A stretch of DNA of 64,000 bases from Phoronis australis (taxonomy: Eukaryota; Animalia; Phoronida). Positions 1 to 19,800 of the stretch are shown in pieces. The stretch is taken from contig NMRA01000108.1 of the NCBI GenBank assembly GCA_002633005.1, positions 163,911 through 227,910 on the forward strand. Reading direction: 5' to 3'. The translations under genes and the position numbers were made by a program. Within the stretch, counting starts at the first letter, position 1; every line of letters begins with the position of its first letter. Below the pieces are notes generated by a model. It made no database searches. It was not told where the DNA came from and saw only the letters and a program-made list of their open reading frames with translations.

Positions 1-911
1 ACACAGTCTGATCAGCAGTTCACAACACGGGTTCCTGGTGTCCATGGTGTCAGCTTATCGTTTAAATTCATCGTTTAACACCAATAGATCATCAAACTTC
101 GATGTAAAACCCTTAAAAATACACCGAGTTCTTATAAAAACTGTTGTTTTATTTCGTTGTTACGGATTTATTGGTATTTGGACACACCGTAGCCTAATTA
201 GTTGGGCAGGCCAATTTACCAAGGTCCATAGCACGAGTTTGGGGTCTGTTCGGAGATAAGTTCGAAGTATTCTTCAGTGAAATACAGACAGGAGAACCTA
301 GATCTGTGTTGTTTATACTTGTGATTTTTTTAGTTCTAAACACACAAAACGCTTGGCACGAACATAAACCAGCTTAAGTTGGAAACTAAACCTCCAGTCA
401 GTCACGAAAAGACTATATTAGTGAGCCAAACAAATAATGTGCACCTAATTATTTATGTGAATTAGCCACGAAAGTGAAAATCTACTTACTTGTCCGGGGG
501 CCGGGACTAGTCGGGTTCCCCTTCCACAGACCGTCAGGGCAAAGTTTGTACAGAAACAATGATTTGAATAATGTATTTGTATTTCTAAATAAAGATTCCC
601 CTAACATGTGACCATAGCATGTAAAATCGGGTAATTGTTTCACAACAGCTTGAGCAAACACTGAATTAGCATGCGCTCACACGGCCTCGGTGCCCGGTCA
701 ATTACCTTTGTTGCCGGCATCAAAGCCGGTCACGCATTGTTTTATTCATTGCTGGCTTCTCGAAACATTTGCACTCACGAGCACTCCAAGGCATTACAAA
801 TTGTATCTAATGAGACAGACTTTGTTTCAGTTTCATATAAGCATTGGTTAGGATCATTTTAGGATGAGAATAATTCATTTTGAAACAGAACGCAGAATAG
901 TAAACGTCTAC

Positions 912-1260
912 ATGGCAACTCGCCCGCCGCCAATCCCCACTTAGGTTTCACAGGTTATCAGTTAGAACCGGAATACACTAATCAAGAAATACTAGAAAGG
1001 CACCGGGCACGTGCATAGGCAACGGAACGTATGGATAGTTCTTTGGTAAGCCGGAACTCGTAAGAGAAATCACTGTCGACGAAATGCCGGCCACAGACAC
1101 GGAGATGTTCCATGGCCTCATACTTGCTATTAACAGCATACCTTTCATTTTTCACTACCGCGAGCAACATCCTGAGCAGTTCGGGTTCTCGAGGAAATCG
1201 AAAAGGCGAAAGCTTCATAGTTCGGACAAGTGGGAACGATGCACCGCAATATAGCGGACT
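912..1260. mobile_element. Internally deleted Kolobok-like transposon relic with convergent KolX-like (+) and THAP (-) N-terminal stubs
   Basis: The minus-strand ORF 982-1218 reads FRFPREPELLRMLLAVVKN...HLRVCGRHFVDSDF, a THAP zinc-finger pattern (FP...C-x2-HF). The plus strand at 950-1018 reads TGYQLEPEYTNQEILERHRARA*, resembling the GYMFEPE motif of the element at 24.5 kb. No TIRs were found. Confidence 0.6.
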
Positions 1261-1860
1261 TCACTCGTCTGCAGACGAACCACTGACGTCGCAGCGTCGT
1301 TTCTCACCTTCCTCACAAGTTAACGCGACACCTCACGGCAAGGTGAGGTTGACCGTATAAGAGGTGATGTGGATATAGACCGATTAAGACGCTACATGTA
1401 CGTTTAGAGAGTTGTTGAAATTCTCTCATTCAAGCCACCAGTAAGCTGAAAATGTATGCGTTTTCATTGGTTGGTTCATATCACTTTGGATCACCGACTT
1501 CCTGCGACTGTTTGCAATGTGACCTTTACGTCTGTGTATAACCTCCCATTGAAGGCTGAGAACGAGTATACGGTCTGCGAGTGAGGAAACTGATAACTAA
1601 ATTAAGCAAGAATCCTGGACAGTAACGCATGTGTTAATGTACAGACAAAACGTATCAGAATTAAACCGCTGTCAAAAAGTTAAACGGTTATCGTTCGAAA
1701 AGCAAGTGATATTGCAAGTTAGCAAAATCTATTGCAGTCTGTTCATCAACTTTTTTAGTTTTCAAGGGTATTGTGACAATGGTAAGTTTCAAACTATAAT
1801 TGATGTTTTTGATTAGGTAAACGGTACCCGCCTAAAAATACATTTATAGTTTTATTATAG

Positions 1861-8694
<6,834 letters not shown>

Positions 8695-8737
8695 ACGAAT
8701 TCTGGGAACATGTACAGGTATCAGACTTGAATATGAA

Positions 8738-8743
8738 AATAAA
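8738..8743 (+). terminator. Putative polyadenylation signal of the FReD gene
   Basis: AATAAA about 44 nt after the stop codon. Confidence 0.6.
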
Positions 8744-11299
8744 TCATGCTGCCCGACACATACCTTTCAGTTTTTATTTATTTGTCTTTGATATTTGCCA
8801 ACATGTTTTCTTTGAGCAGTTAAGAGAGAGTAACACCAGTTTAAAATATTGAGAGGTTGCATTTTGAATGGCATAATGCAGACATGGATACTCGTGTCAT
8901 TATCTTGATTATTACTATTCGCCATTTTCAAAGTCATGTAACGTTGAGAAATCATAATTACATATTCGTGGAAAATATCCTAGTCCGTTTTTAGTAGAAA
9001 ATAAATAACACGCGCCCAAAACGCCAAAAATTTTACTTGTCTTTACGACGCGTAGGCCTATATGTTGATTTATTTTGCGAACATGTTGGTGAAAAACGCT
9101 TCTGTGTGAGAAGTAACAAACTGAAATGCTGTTATTCACAAAATTGACAACTTACAAAAATGCACATGTGTCAACCAACGAGTTTTCGATACTTCTGGAT
9201 CGCAAGAAATGTGGGAAGTCCATCAAGCTGTCTGACAGGGGTGCAAAAATTGTGTTAAACACCGTGGGATCATGTCACTCCAGCTTCTGAGATGTGCTTT
9301 CGAAATTTTCCAAAACCCAGTGTTCTACAGCAACGATGAACCACCACCCCCATCTTGAGGGGCCGCCTGTATCCCCCGTTACCAATGCAGAGTGAAATCA
9401 AAGATATATTCTAACCATGGAGCCCGGTTTCGGGCTCCTTCTGAAATGTGACATAAGAGGACCTAGGGAGTCTTCCACTGATTTTAAAGGTGATGCACCG
9501 CTGAGAAATTGAAATACAAACCAAGCACGAAAAAATGTACTCATTTCATGTATACAGAACGTGTAGAAAAAAATGTTTGTATCTAGTCGCGCAGTTTTGT
9601 TCGGATATGAAAACTAATAATGTTCACGGGTTTCATCTTTTTAGCTCGCTGGAATATTTTCTGTGATGAACAAAACCAGTTGGTTGTTTCAATCCCCGAC
9701 GTAGCAAATTGTAATACAATACACGCGGTTTTCACAAAAATATTAAAGCCTAGTTCGTTGTCATTTAAAAATCCTAAAATGGCTGTATTTTCGAGATCAC
9801 TCTTGTTCGGGGGCCCCATTTCCAATGCACGAGCCCACTGCAAATTACACCACCATTTAGGTATGACCGTTTGATTTCAGAACTGTCCGAGTGTTTTTAA
9901 AAGATAGTGAAGGTAAACGTTACATATTTACACGCGAACTGAGGTCAAGGAGCACGCGTTGGAACAGATTAGCGGATTTATTAAGATTGGTGTTATCGGA
10001 CAGAAAAATGAGACCAGCACCAGCTTAGAATTGGACGTAAAACTCTGGCGTCGAAGCCCGGCGCGCTATTGGCTGAGTTAACTTCGACTAGTCATTAAGT
10101 GGGGGAGTATTTTAAGTATAGCTAACTGATCAAGTCACCGGAATTGATTTACTAAAATATTGATAGACAACGCCTTGGTGATTTGTAATAAAAACACAAT
10201 GTTGTTTTATAGCGCTGATCAAAGTTAACAGCTTCATCAAGTCTACCTTACCCAACAATACTCCCAAAAATAAATTTTTGGACGTAAAGATGACGTTGTT
10301 CCTTGAAACCAACAAAATCAGTGATGGTGAATAAAAACCGCTGGTTGGATAGAATTTCACGAATGTATCTTAGACAAGATTTTAAGAGTTACTCAAATCC
10401 GTTTCAGCAAAAGTGTCGGTGATACAAAAAAAATTACCGACATTTTAGTTTCCTAAACAATTATTTCTCAAACGATGACTACAAAACTCTACGTATCAAA
10501 ATTGCGGGATGACAGTTCTACCAAATTTCAAAAAACGTTCATCGGTTACGTTTTTGCAACTAGTCCCTTCGAGCCTATTCGGTTAATTCCCAAAATCTTA
10601 ATTGATAAGAAGTACATGTATATATTTTACAAAGGTTGGTATGCCAATTACTTTGTATATGTTTACTTTTTGTTACATTTTTATGGTAATTTGTAGTCTT
10701 ACGAAAACGTTTGCATGGGAAGCGCACCATAAGGGGCTGGGAGGGACTATAGCCCCCACTTTTTCAGTGCTGCGCCGCCCATAGTCTATGTCGTTTTGAT
10801 AAATTTTCGATATTTTTCTTATTCTGAATTATAGTATTTCCAACCGTCTTGAGCAAGATATTTTTTTCTCAGTGCCTCGAACTTAGGTTGTTTTTGCTAA
10901 TTTAAATTTCATAGAAAAGGTTCAGATGTTTTTAAAGCCAATCAGTTCGTAACAAATTTTTTGTATTTAAAATAGTCTTCAATTGCCCAAAAGACCAAAT
11001 CCGGCGTTTTTTGTGTGAGTGTTCATGGCATTGACGCGATTGCTCTGGCTCGGAAATCTTAAGTTTTGACAAAGAGAGAATTATGAGTTTCTGGGTGATT
11101 CACTAAGACTTCGATTAAAATTCACATCTTACCAGCAGCTTCTGTTTTTTCATCGTCACTCAAATTCCATTTTCTTTAAAAATAAAGTAATTTTCTTCAT
11201 TGCACAGTGAAGCCATGCAGACGACGGAAACGGAGTCGTAGTGTTAATTACAGAAGTTAATTAATAAACTCCACATTTCCCTACGCTCCCTAAATCCGC

Positions 11300-11499
11300 C
11301 TGTGCATTGGTCTGAACTAGGAACAGACTTGGTGCTTTGACTGCGATGCATTGGCTTTAAGCGCCCTCTATAGGTCACTGGCGCGAGTTTCAAATTGACG
11401 CACATGCGTAAAAGGTCATATCCTGTTATGGTTTTCTGACAGCTGAAAACGGAATGTCTTGGTTGAAAATGTGCATGTAATCGTGAAAATCAGCTTGCT
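11300..11499 (+). promoter_or_regulatory. Putative promoter and non-coding first exon of the CCDC158-like gene
   Basis: Locally CpG-richer patch with two ATTGG (inverted CCAAT) boxes at ~11307 and ~11350, GGCGCGAGTTTCAAA (11380-11394) and a consensus donor GTAAGT at 11500. The first coding exon has an acceptor at 13860, which requires an upstream exon. Confidence 0.45.
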
Positions 11500-11690
11500 G
11501 TAAGTACCTCTATGATCTATTTAATGAGCTATTGCTGCTTCATTGACCATGATGTATTGGTAGTATGGAATAAGGTGTTATCCTGTCTACTCATTGTTTT
11601 CCGGTAGGGCCTATCTCGGGGCAAACCAAGCCTAACCAGGCAAGGTGCAAGTTATGCAGTTCGAGTAAACACGTCTCCAGCTGGCCAAAT

Positions 11691-12066
11691 AGAGATGGTG
11701 GATCTCCTGTAGTGTAGGAGCTTCATACGCCGGAAGCTTTTCTGCGAATTATGCCTCACATTGATTGAACCAGGAGATATGACGTCATATCCCTGGAACG
11801 TGCAGTGTAAAAATGGCCAGTTGCCGAATGCCGATTTGGCAACTGAATGAAGGACTGTTCGAAAAAAACGTTTGATTACTGGAGTATTTGTTCAAGTTTG
11901 GAAGGAACTAAAGATGTGGACATCCCCTTAGCATGTTTCTCTATGCGCAAAGGGTACTTATAGCAATGTGACTTTGATGGCTTAACCAGTGTGTATCATA
12001 ATTTGCAGAAAAGCTTCCAAAGACGTATGAAGGCCTTATGCCATGAGAGTTAGGCGTACCATCTCT
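11691..12066. mobile_element. Old MITE-like element with ~80 bp degenerate inverted repeats
   Basis: CTTCATACGCCGGAAGCTTTTCTGCGAATTATG (~11721-11753) is the inverse of CATAATTTGCAGAAAAGCTTCCAAAGACGTATGAAG (~11997-12032). A third related copy lies at ~12582-12633. Confidence 0.55.
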
Positions 12067-13880
12067 ACTGCTAAGTACAGATGGTGGCACTGTCTGAAGT
12101 AATCCACTGAACAAGGATGTGTCCAGAAAATGGCCAAATTTCTGGTTTTCATTTAATCGAAAGAAGTTCATTGAGCTAGTGGTTATCATCCGTCAAGTAT
12201 TTCCCATTAAGCCTTAAAAATTGCCGTCAAACCTGTCCCACTCCATTTTCTTCATTTTTTGGGGCAGCTACAAAGACCCTTGCTTGTTTCATAGACACGG
12301 CCTAGGTGTCTTAGCCAGTCAGTGGGCCCTGATTGTTCAAAAGGCCAATTGACCGTGAGAAGGGTGAAGGTTTTTATCCAATAGTTTCAGTTGAGGGCCA
12401 AAGAGTCAAAGGTCACATGTCAGTCAGTTCAGGTTTTCTCAACAAATCTTTCAGAAGTCATGCCAAGTTCACAATATCACCAACAGGTGCCAGTACTGTT
12501 CAGTAAACCAACTGCTGAGTACCTCTATGTCTGAACTAGGCCACCACATCTGGCACAAACAATAGTCATCCCATAGGCAGCCATACGTCAGAAGCTTTTC
12601 AGGCAAATTATGGCCTTCACTGACTAAACCATCTGTGGTGTTGTTATAAGTACAAGGGACACCTAAGTGAGCCGTTGAATTGTCTCAAATGAATACTCCT
12701 GCAGACATTTTTGAGTACTGTAGTGCCATTACTAAAGTGCAGTGAATGTGTTTAAGTTTGAACAGAAACTTGTCGAAGGTTATGGGGAGGTCACACGCCA
12801 CGCGCCTGCCAGTCGTGCCAAGAGGCGGTATCAAAGATGGGATCATGGGAAATCAGTCTTTAAACCAACCTGGAACTCAAATCAGGTTGGAAGTGTTGAA
12901 AAATCCAACAATACCAAGATTCAAACCATGTATCTGCCAAGTATCCAAACAGTTTAGCCAAGAGGCAATTGGAGAGGCTTTATTCAACTGTAAACAATGC
13001 TTGTGAGTCACATGATAACACACCCTTTCCCTTCCAAAGGTGTGCTTCTTGGACTATGATTGCAGCACCAGTGCTAGTGTTTGGGAATTTGACCTCGACA
13101 ACACGACCCTGTGTCCCAGAATTTGCCCGACACCAATGCTCTGTCTATGGTCTGGATTCACCACAACCAAGCAGGTGGCCACCTTCTTCATCTGCTATGT
13201 GAAGGCCTTCCGAACATACTAAGGGTTCTTGGGTCTCATCTCACTTGTACTTGTAGGATGTCTTAATTTGTGTCAGTGTGTCCATTTGGACGCCCTGGAC
13301 CAGCCTCGTTCTGGAGCCTCAAGATGGCACTGATTGGTTTAGCCATTTGAGGCTTGGTTATGGAAATACCTTCTCAGCAATGATTGGCTGTTGCCTAGAC
13401 AATTTAAAATTAAGGCAGATTTCAATTATTTTTACAGGCATTGCTGCTGCCATTCAAGAAGCAGAAGGTATTGTTTTGGTTATTGTTCGAAACAAAGGTT
13501 GTTGGGGAACTTATTTTCAATTCTTGTTTATTAATAGTATCATAGAAATTAATCTGTTTTCGAATCAAAATGCATCATTTTTGCAATAATTTGGACCTAA
13601 CTTACTACAATATACCGTTAGTTTTCATTTTTATATGATACTGCTGAAAATTTCAAAGTTGATTTAACTTTAAATTACTCGTAATATTCCAGCGATTTCC
13701 GTAAAAATGTGACAGAAGTTTGACACATTTCATTTCGCATAACCAAGCCTCAAGTAGCTGTGCCGATCAGCGCCATCTTGAGGCTAGGGGACGAGGCTGA
13801 CCCTGGGCACCCTCCTACTAGTAGGCTGTTCGATGACTATTCAGTTTGTTTACATTTCAGCATCAACAGCTGGTTTCACA

Positions 13881-16800
13881 ATGGCTTCGTCCCTGGGTCT
13901 GTCGTACTTGTCACCCGGAGCAATGAGCCCATCGCAGTCTAGGGCCGGATCAAGGGTCGGGTCACAAACCGGGTCACCCAGGTCATCTGCAGGACGGAAG
14001 CCAACCAGTACAGACTTCGCCGCACAGATAAGACGACTTGAGATGGAAGGAGAACGACTTCGACAGAACAGCAAGTTTATACCATCCTCATCAGGTGATA
14101 CCACTTTTTCTCTCTTGTTCCTCAATTGTAACCAAAAATAATTGTTATTTTTTACCGTATAACAACTGTTTTACTATCAAACGTGACTACAAAATGTGAA
14201 GCACGTTACTTGTAGCAATTTTCAGTTGAAGAGTAGCGAAATTTCTTGTAATTTCAAAGTAAAAAATTCCAAGCAATTTTCAAAATAATTGAGTGTGTTT
14301 TGCCTGGTTCCCGTCTTGAGCTTTTGCTGCGGCTTGGTCGAAGTCCCTTTGCCGAAATTAGCCAACTTTTTTGAAAATTTCTTTTCATATCACATAAATA
14401 CCACCTTTTCCATTTGCATTAGGAATACTGCACTCTTTGCAACATTACATGTCAAGCAGGTACTGCAAAGAGAGTGAGCTACGAAACTTGGTCGATGTTT
14501 TAATACTCCGAATTCAAAAGTTTGTCCACCATCTCCACGCTGGACAATACACACCTTTGGATTGATAAAATCCCATCTCACCAACAAGTCACTTATTTCA
14601 ATATGATATACAATTTTTACCTTATTTCTAATTTGATGGAATACAGTAGACTCACTCACAATGTAGTGGGAAATGCGTGAATATACCTTTAAGGTGTTTG
14701 TACCGTATCGACTATTATTTACAGAACTGTAAAGATTCTGTAAAAGGGGCTTTTTAGTTCCAGGAAATACATAATTACTTATTTTCAGTAACTAAAAATC
14801 TGTCGACTCTGATTTTTAAATTTTTACCAACATTTCATGAATTAGCTCCATGACAATGATTTTTTTGTAAAAAGCAAAACATGTCCAAATTACATTTGTC
14901 TTTTCATTTGCTAAAAATGTTGATGATGAAATCTCAAGAATTACTGTTACAGTTTGCTACGTTATTTTATTTTTGTGTTTCGCAACTTACCTATTTTGAC
15001 CCCCACTCATGCAAAAAATGGAAACTTTAAAAAATTCTAACATTATTTTGGAGAATGGTGCTGATAACACACTTTGGTGAAAGTTTCACCTGAATTCAAT
15101 CAGATGTTTCTGAGGTATGGTGTTCCAAAATTATACAAATTTGGAGATTTTTTCTTTGGTGGTCCTACATGTCAACCTCAAAGAACTGTGCATTGGGAAG
15201 TGACAGCTATACATGACCTCCCTCCATCTCTGTGTTACAAAACATTCTCAAATTGGTGGTGACTGACGTCATTGGACTAGCTGCTCTCATTGTCGTTTAC
15301 TGCCTGGGAAGATTGATGAGAGAGTTTGATTTTATGTTTTCTTCATAACATTTTCATCAAATTTCAGTTACTTTCAACACAGCTGGGTTTATTGACACAC
15401 AGATAACAGTGTTATATTAGGTTATACCTCAAGGAAACATGCTACATGCTGTTTTCCCATTTGGTTTGAGTTAAGTTTAAAATTGTGCTAGGAAGTCAGT
15501 ATTTGTAGTCTCTGCCGATTTTGTGCTGGTATGTATTAGCCCTCCAAAATAGTGATTGGCTCTTCTAAGCAGATGACACTGTCAGCAAATAATGGTAAAT
15601 GTGATCAAAAATTATTTCTTGGCTGAGTTAAGTCAAAAATAAAGTGAGGAGTCTCATATCAGAATAAAAAATATTAAATTCTACCTGACAGTTTAGTCAT
15701 TCTGAGAAAGTCTATCTTTCATTTTCTTTGCAAAAGTTGTATAGTATTTCATTTTGCAGAAAATTCAAACTCAGCTGGAAATTGTAAAACTCCTGTACGG
15801 GCTCAGAAGTCTATGCCCATACTATGGGGAGTTTGTATGTTAAGTTGAAATATATGCATTCCTGTCAAGTCTGATGATGAGTGGAGGCATAATCTACCAT
15901 CAGAGTAGCTACAATGTTTGTTTACTTTTGTCATGCACTGCATTGCTATAACCTTATTACAGGTTAGTGCATTACTCAAACTAGAGATAGGGGGTTTTGT
16001 TTGTTCTCTCTGCCCAAAGTGGTACTTGTTCTTGGGTTAATCCTCTTTATCAAATAACCACAGTCAGTGTGATACCTGCAGTGCATTTAAGGGTATATCT
16101 CAGTTGAGGCTGTCGGTAACAGGGCTTGGAATTCTCCTCTTTTTGGGGATTTCTTTATTTTTGGTTTCGGTTTCCTCTTATTTCATTTCTAGTTTCCTCT
16201 GAGGCTCTTTTCGTCCTTATTTTGATTTTATTCATGTAAAAACATTTGTTTCAGATAAAGTTTACTGCACAAAAATATTTTTATCACACAAGCCTGTTTA
16301 TTTGTGGAACGATACGTCACCTGGGAAATGTTCCTTTTTTGTAATTGGTCATTCCAAGCCCTGCAGTAAGTGATGTTGCTGTGACTAATTGTGTCATGCA
16401 TCCAGTTAGAATTAAGAACTCTTTTATATTATGCTAGTGTACTGTTGTTCCTCTGGCTGTAATATATAGATATGTCACGTTTATAAAGACCTCTGCATGT
16501 CTTGTTTGTTTGTTTGATTGTTTGTTTGTTTGTTTGTTTGTTTGTTTGTAATGCTGTTCTTCATATGTTTAGCTCACAGTTTGGCGCAACAGTGGTTTTG
16601 TATTTTGTGGTTTTTACAGCAAACATAGAAAAGTCAAAACACTCATATTATAAAAGCCCGACTATCTGTAGAGCTCTGACACTTTTTTGAAAAGTGGAAA
16701 AATGAAAAGTTTCAGTAAATGCTTCTGTGTAAAATGACTGAACTGGTTTTGTTGTCATTATCACCCTGAGCAAGCTTTTCAAACTGTAGTGCATCGACAT

Positions 16801-19800
16801 TGCTGACGCTTCTCTGGTCTGGTCTCTGTATTCTCTGTATGATTTTTAACTGTCCGGTGTGACTCTAATTTGACTGCATTTAAAAGCTTGATTTTATGTG
16901 CTGTGACGTAATGTTTGAATATTGTTCTTACAGGGTCTGTACTAGGCAGTGGCAGTTTCATCTCTGGCGAAATGGAGGTAAGTCGACTATCCATGGATTT
17001 AATCCACATTTCTTGTCTATTAGTCTCTTGTTCAAAAGACCAAGTTAGTGTTATTGTGGCAGATGGCAGTCTTATGTCTGACTAATGTTTAATGACTGAA
17101 TTGGGAGTTGTCTGTGGGCAATCTGACATTAGGTATTACAGATGTTATATTCTTGTCATCGTAATGCTGCTAGATAATTGATGCTTGGCTGTAATAGAAT
17201 CCCACATTTTATACTATTCTAAGCATTGCCCAACTTTGAAGTTTTCTTTCTATTTTAGCAGACACTACTCAACTATGCACCCACCTCTACTAACCAATTA
17301 CTTTACAAAAGCACCTACTGTCAGAGTTAGTGCCCAACTAGGTTGTGCTGAGAACCTTAAACCAATGTCAGTGGCGGATTTGGGTGGGCAAGGGNCCCCC
17401 CCCCCCCCCCCTACAATTTTCCCAGATACCATTTCGCAGTACAGGGTGTGAATTGCTGACTAGCATACGTGCATAGGCTTTGAACAAACCCCGTTCACCT
17501 TTTTTTTAGTAAACCCAAAAATTTGAGACCCCTGCAGCACTACATTTTAGGCTGGGAGCGCGCATGTGGCGGTTATTCCTGTGTCCTGGCTCCCCCAACT
17601 CAAAATCCTGGATCCATCTCTGAACGTAATATTACTCAGTAACTTAGGTTTAAAATTGTTGAGAATGATGTTCAAGCCTGGGACTGGTTAAGAGGATTTG
17701 ATTTTTGCTTTTCGTCTGCAAAACTGTTATAGCTTCCTGTTGCTTTGACTTGAGAGTTCGTGTAAACTGAATATTTTTTTACACTTTGATAATAACCCAG
17801 CCCAAAAGTAGTCTTAACTGAAGATTCTGAAGTAATGCTTTCAGTTGTATATTATTTTGCAGCCATGTGAAACCTCTAGTCTATTTTGACACTCCAGTTC
17901 AATTCCAACTGCTGATCTATTATAATTTTGAATAACCCGCCTTTATCTAACAGGTATTGATGGTTTTGATTGAGCTATTAGTCATTTTGCACCCATGTAT
18001 GCACATGTTTTCATTTGGCAGATATCAAAACACATTAAGATAGTCTTGGTTGTTCATGAGGCTACTCTATGCCACTGAGCTGTTGTGGTCTTTGTATGCC
18101 TAAAGCATTGTATTGTGTTGATATGCTATTCATCTTTAGTGCACTTGGGTTATTCTAAAACATACAGGGAGAAAGACATCCCCCTGTGAATGCATAAGTT
18201 GTGTTCAGACCATAGTGACCTCCCATGTGGTGCACTGCGGTCAGGCATTTCAAAGTCAAACTGCCAAGTGCAAAGAATGCTATACCTACACCGTCCTGTT
18301 CTTGATTTACCAAGATCAAGCATCAGTTTGGTTTATTTCTGTCCATATCTGTCCTTGGTAATGATTGCATTTTGTGCTTGTCCCGTTTTCCAAATGTACC
18401 AAACCTTTGTTGCCCCACAAAATAAAGTGAAGTCTCTTCTATCAAATTTGAACACAATATGGCGAATGAGTAAAGATTAATTTTGTCAAAACTTCGACCA
18501 AGAGTAAACAAGAGGACAATTGTGTACTTGATTATTTGAAAACAACATATAGTATGGCTGTCATCTACAAACACATGACGACAATTTGAACATTTTGGCA
18601 ATGAGCTGAACATTTGAAAAGTTAAATGCCAATTTTGGTCATTATTTTTGTTGGAATTTGAAGAAACGTCACATACAAATCGATGCCATGAGCTCATTTC
18701 TCAAAGTATTCTTTAAAACTTTTTTCTGCATGATTTCACTTATTAAATAGATTATTCAGAACAAGTTCAAGCAAAAGGTCTCACAGCTGTGTTTATAACA
18801 AGTGAACAGTTACTGTAACCAGCAGGGTTCTCCCCTGGTAAAAATATTGAACTTGACTCTAAGGCCCTCGTTCACCTGTCGTGAGGGGAAAGGTGCCTGT
18901 GTGCTTTCTGAGAGGAGATTTCTTAGGGTGAAGGGAATTTCTGAGCCTGATAAGGGGAATTTCACATGATTTTTTCAGTATTTTCAGGGGGGAATCATCG
19001 AAGACCTTGGCTCACAGCTTTTCAAACTTTGTGCGGCACCCTATTCAGAGAACACTAACTTGAGGTGCATTTGGTAGATGCAAGGTGCTCGCGAAAAAGC
19101 GAGATTGCGCAAAATCATGTGAGCGAATGACGACTGTTTTGCAAGTATGCGCTGGACTTTATCAGCATACCCTAGTACTCTGTCGGTGTTTGAAGTGAGG
19201 TTGGAATTTAAAAGACCGAGTAATAGAATTCAGTTTCCATTTCATAAGGAAAGATTTTTTACTACAAATGCCACTCAGATTTCTTTCTTCTAGGTAACAC
19301 AGTTCTGTTTACTGTTAAGTTACTGGTCAGTGCTGTGTGGCTCATCTCTTAATCACTATATAATGTCTACCTTTATTTTCAGGTCAGCCCAGAGGCAGCG
19401 CCTCTCAGCAGCTCAAGTCTGGGTGCACTCGCTGATATATCCTCAGAAACAAAAACCATAGACCAACTCAGGTAACACATGTCAATCAACTTTTCAATGA
19501 TTGTGGGTCTGTTGTTTTCGAGGTACAATTTGTGAAAGTAAAATGTCTCTTATGCACCCTTTCTTTCCCAAAGGGACTGATAGCTCATATGGCTAGGGGG
19601 AGGAGGGAAACTAAAAAATACGTTATGTATCTCCCATTTTCTTGCTGTTAAGAATCGTTTCCATGACGGCAAGTGGCATTTCTTGCTGTGAATTGCCTCT
19701 TACTGAAATATTCTCAAAGTTAAAATTGTCTTGTCAATGAGCTGAGTGTTCTAGCTTCATTAAGTCAACTGCTAGTCAGAAATCAATACTGTTGAGCCGC

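Noticed and set aside
12700-13430. GC-richer intronic stretch with several short ORFs, suspected retroelement
   Set aside because: No convincing RT, integrase or transposase motif could be read in any frame.
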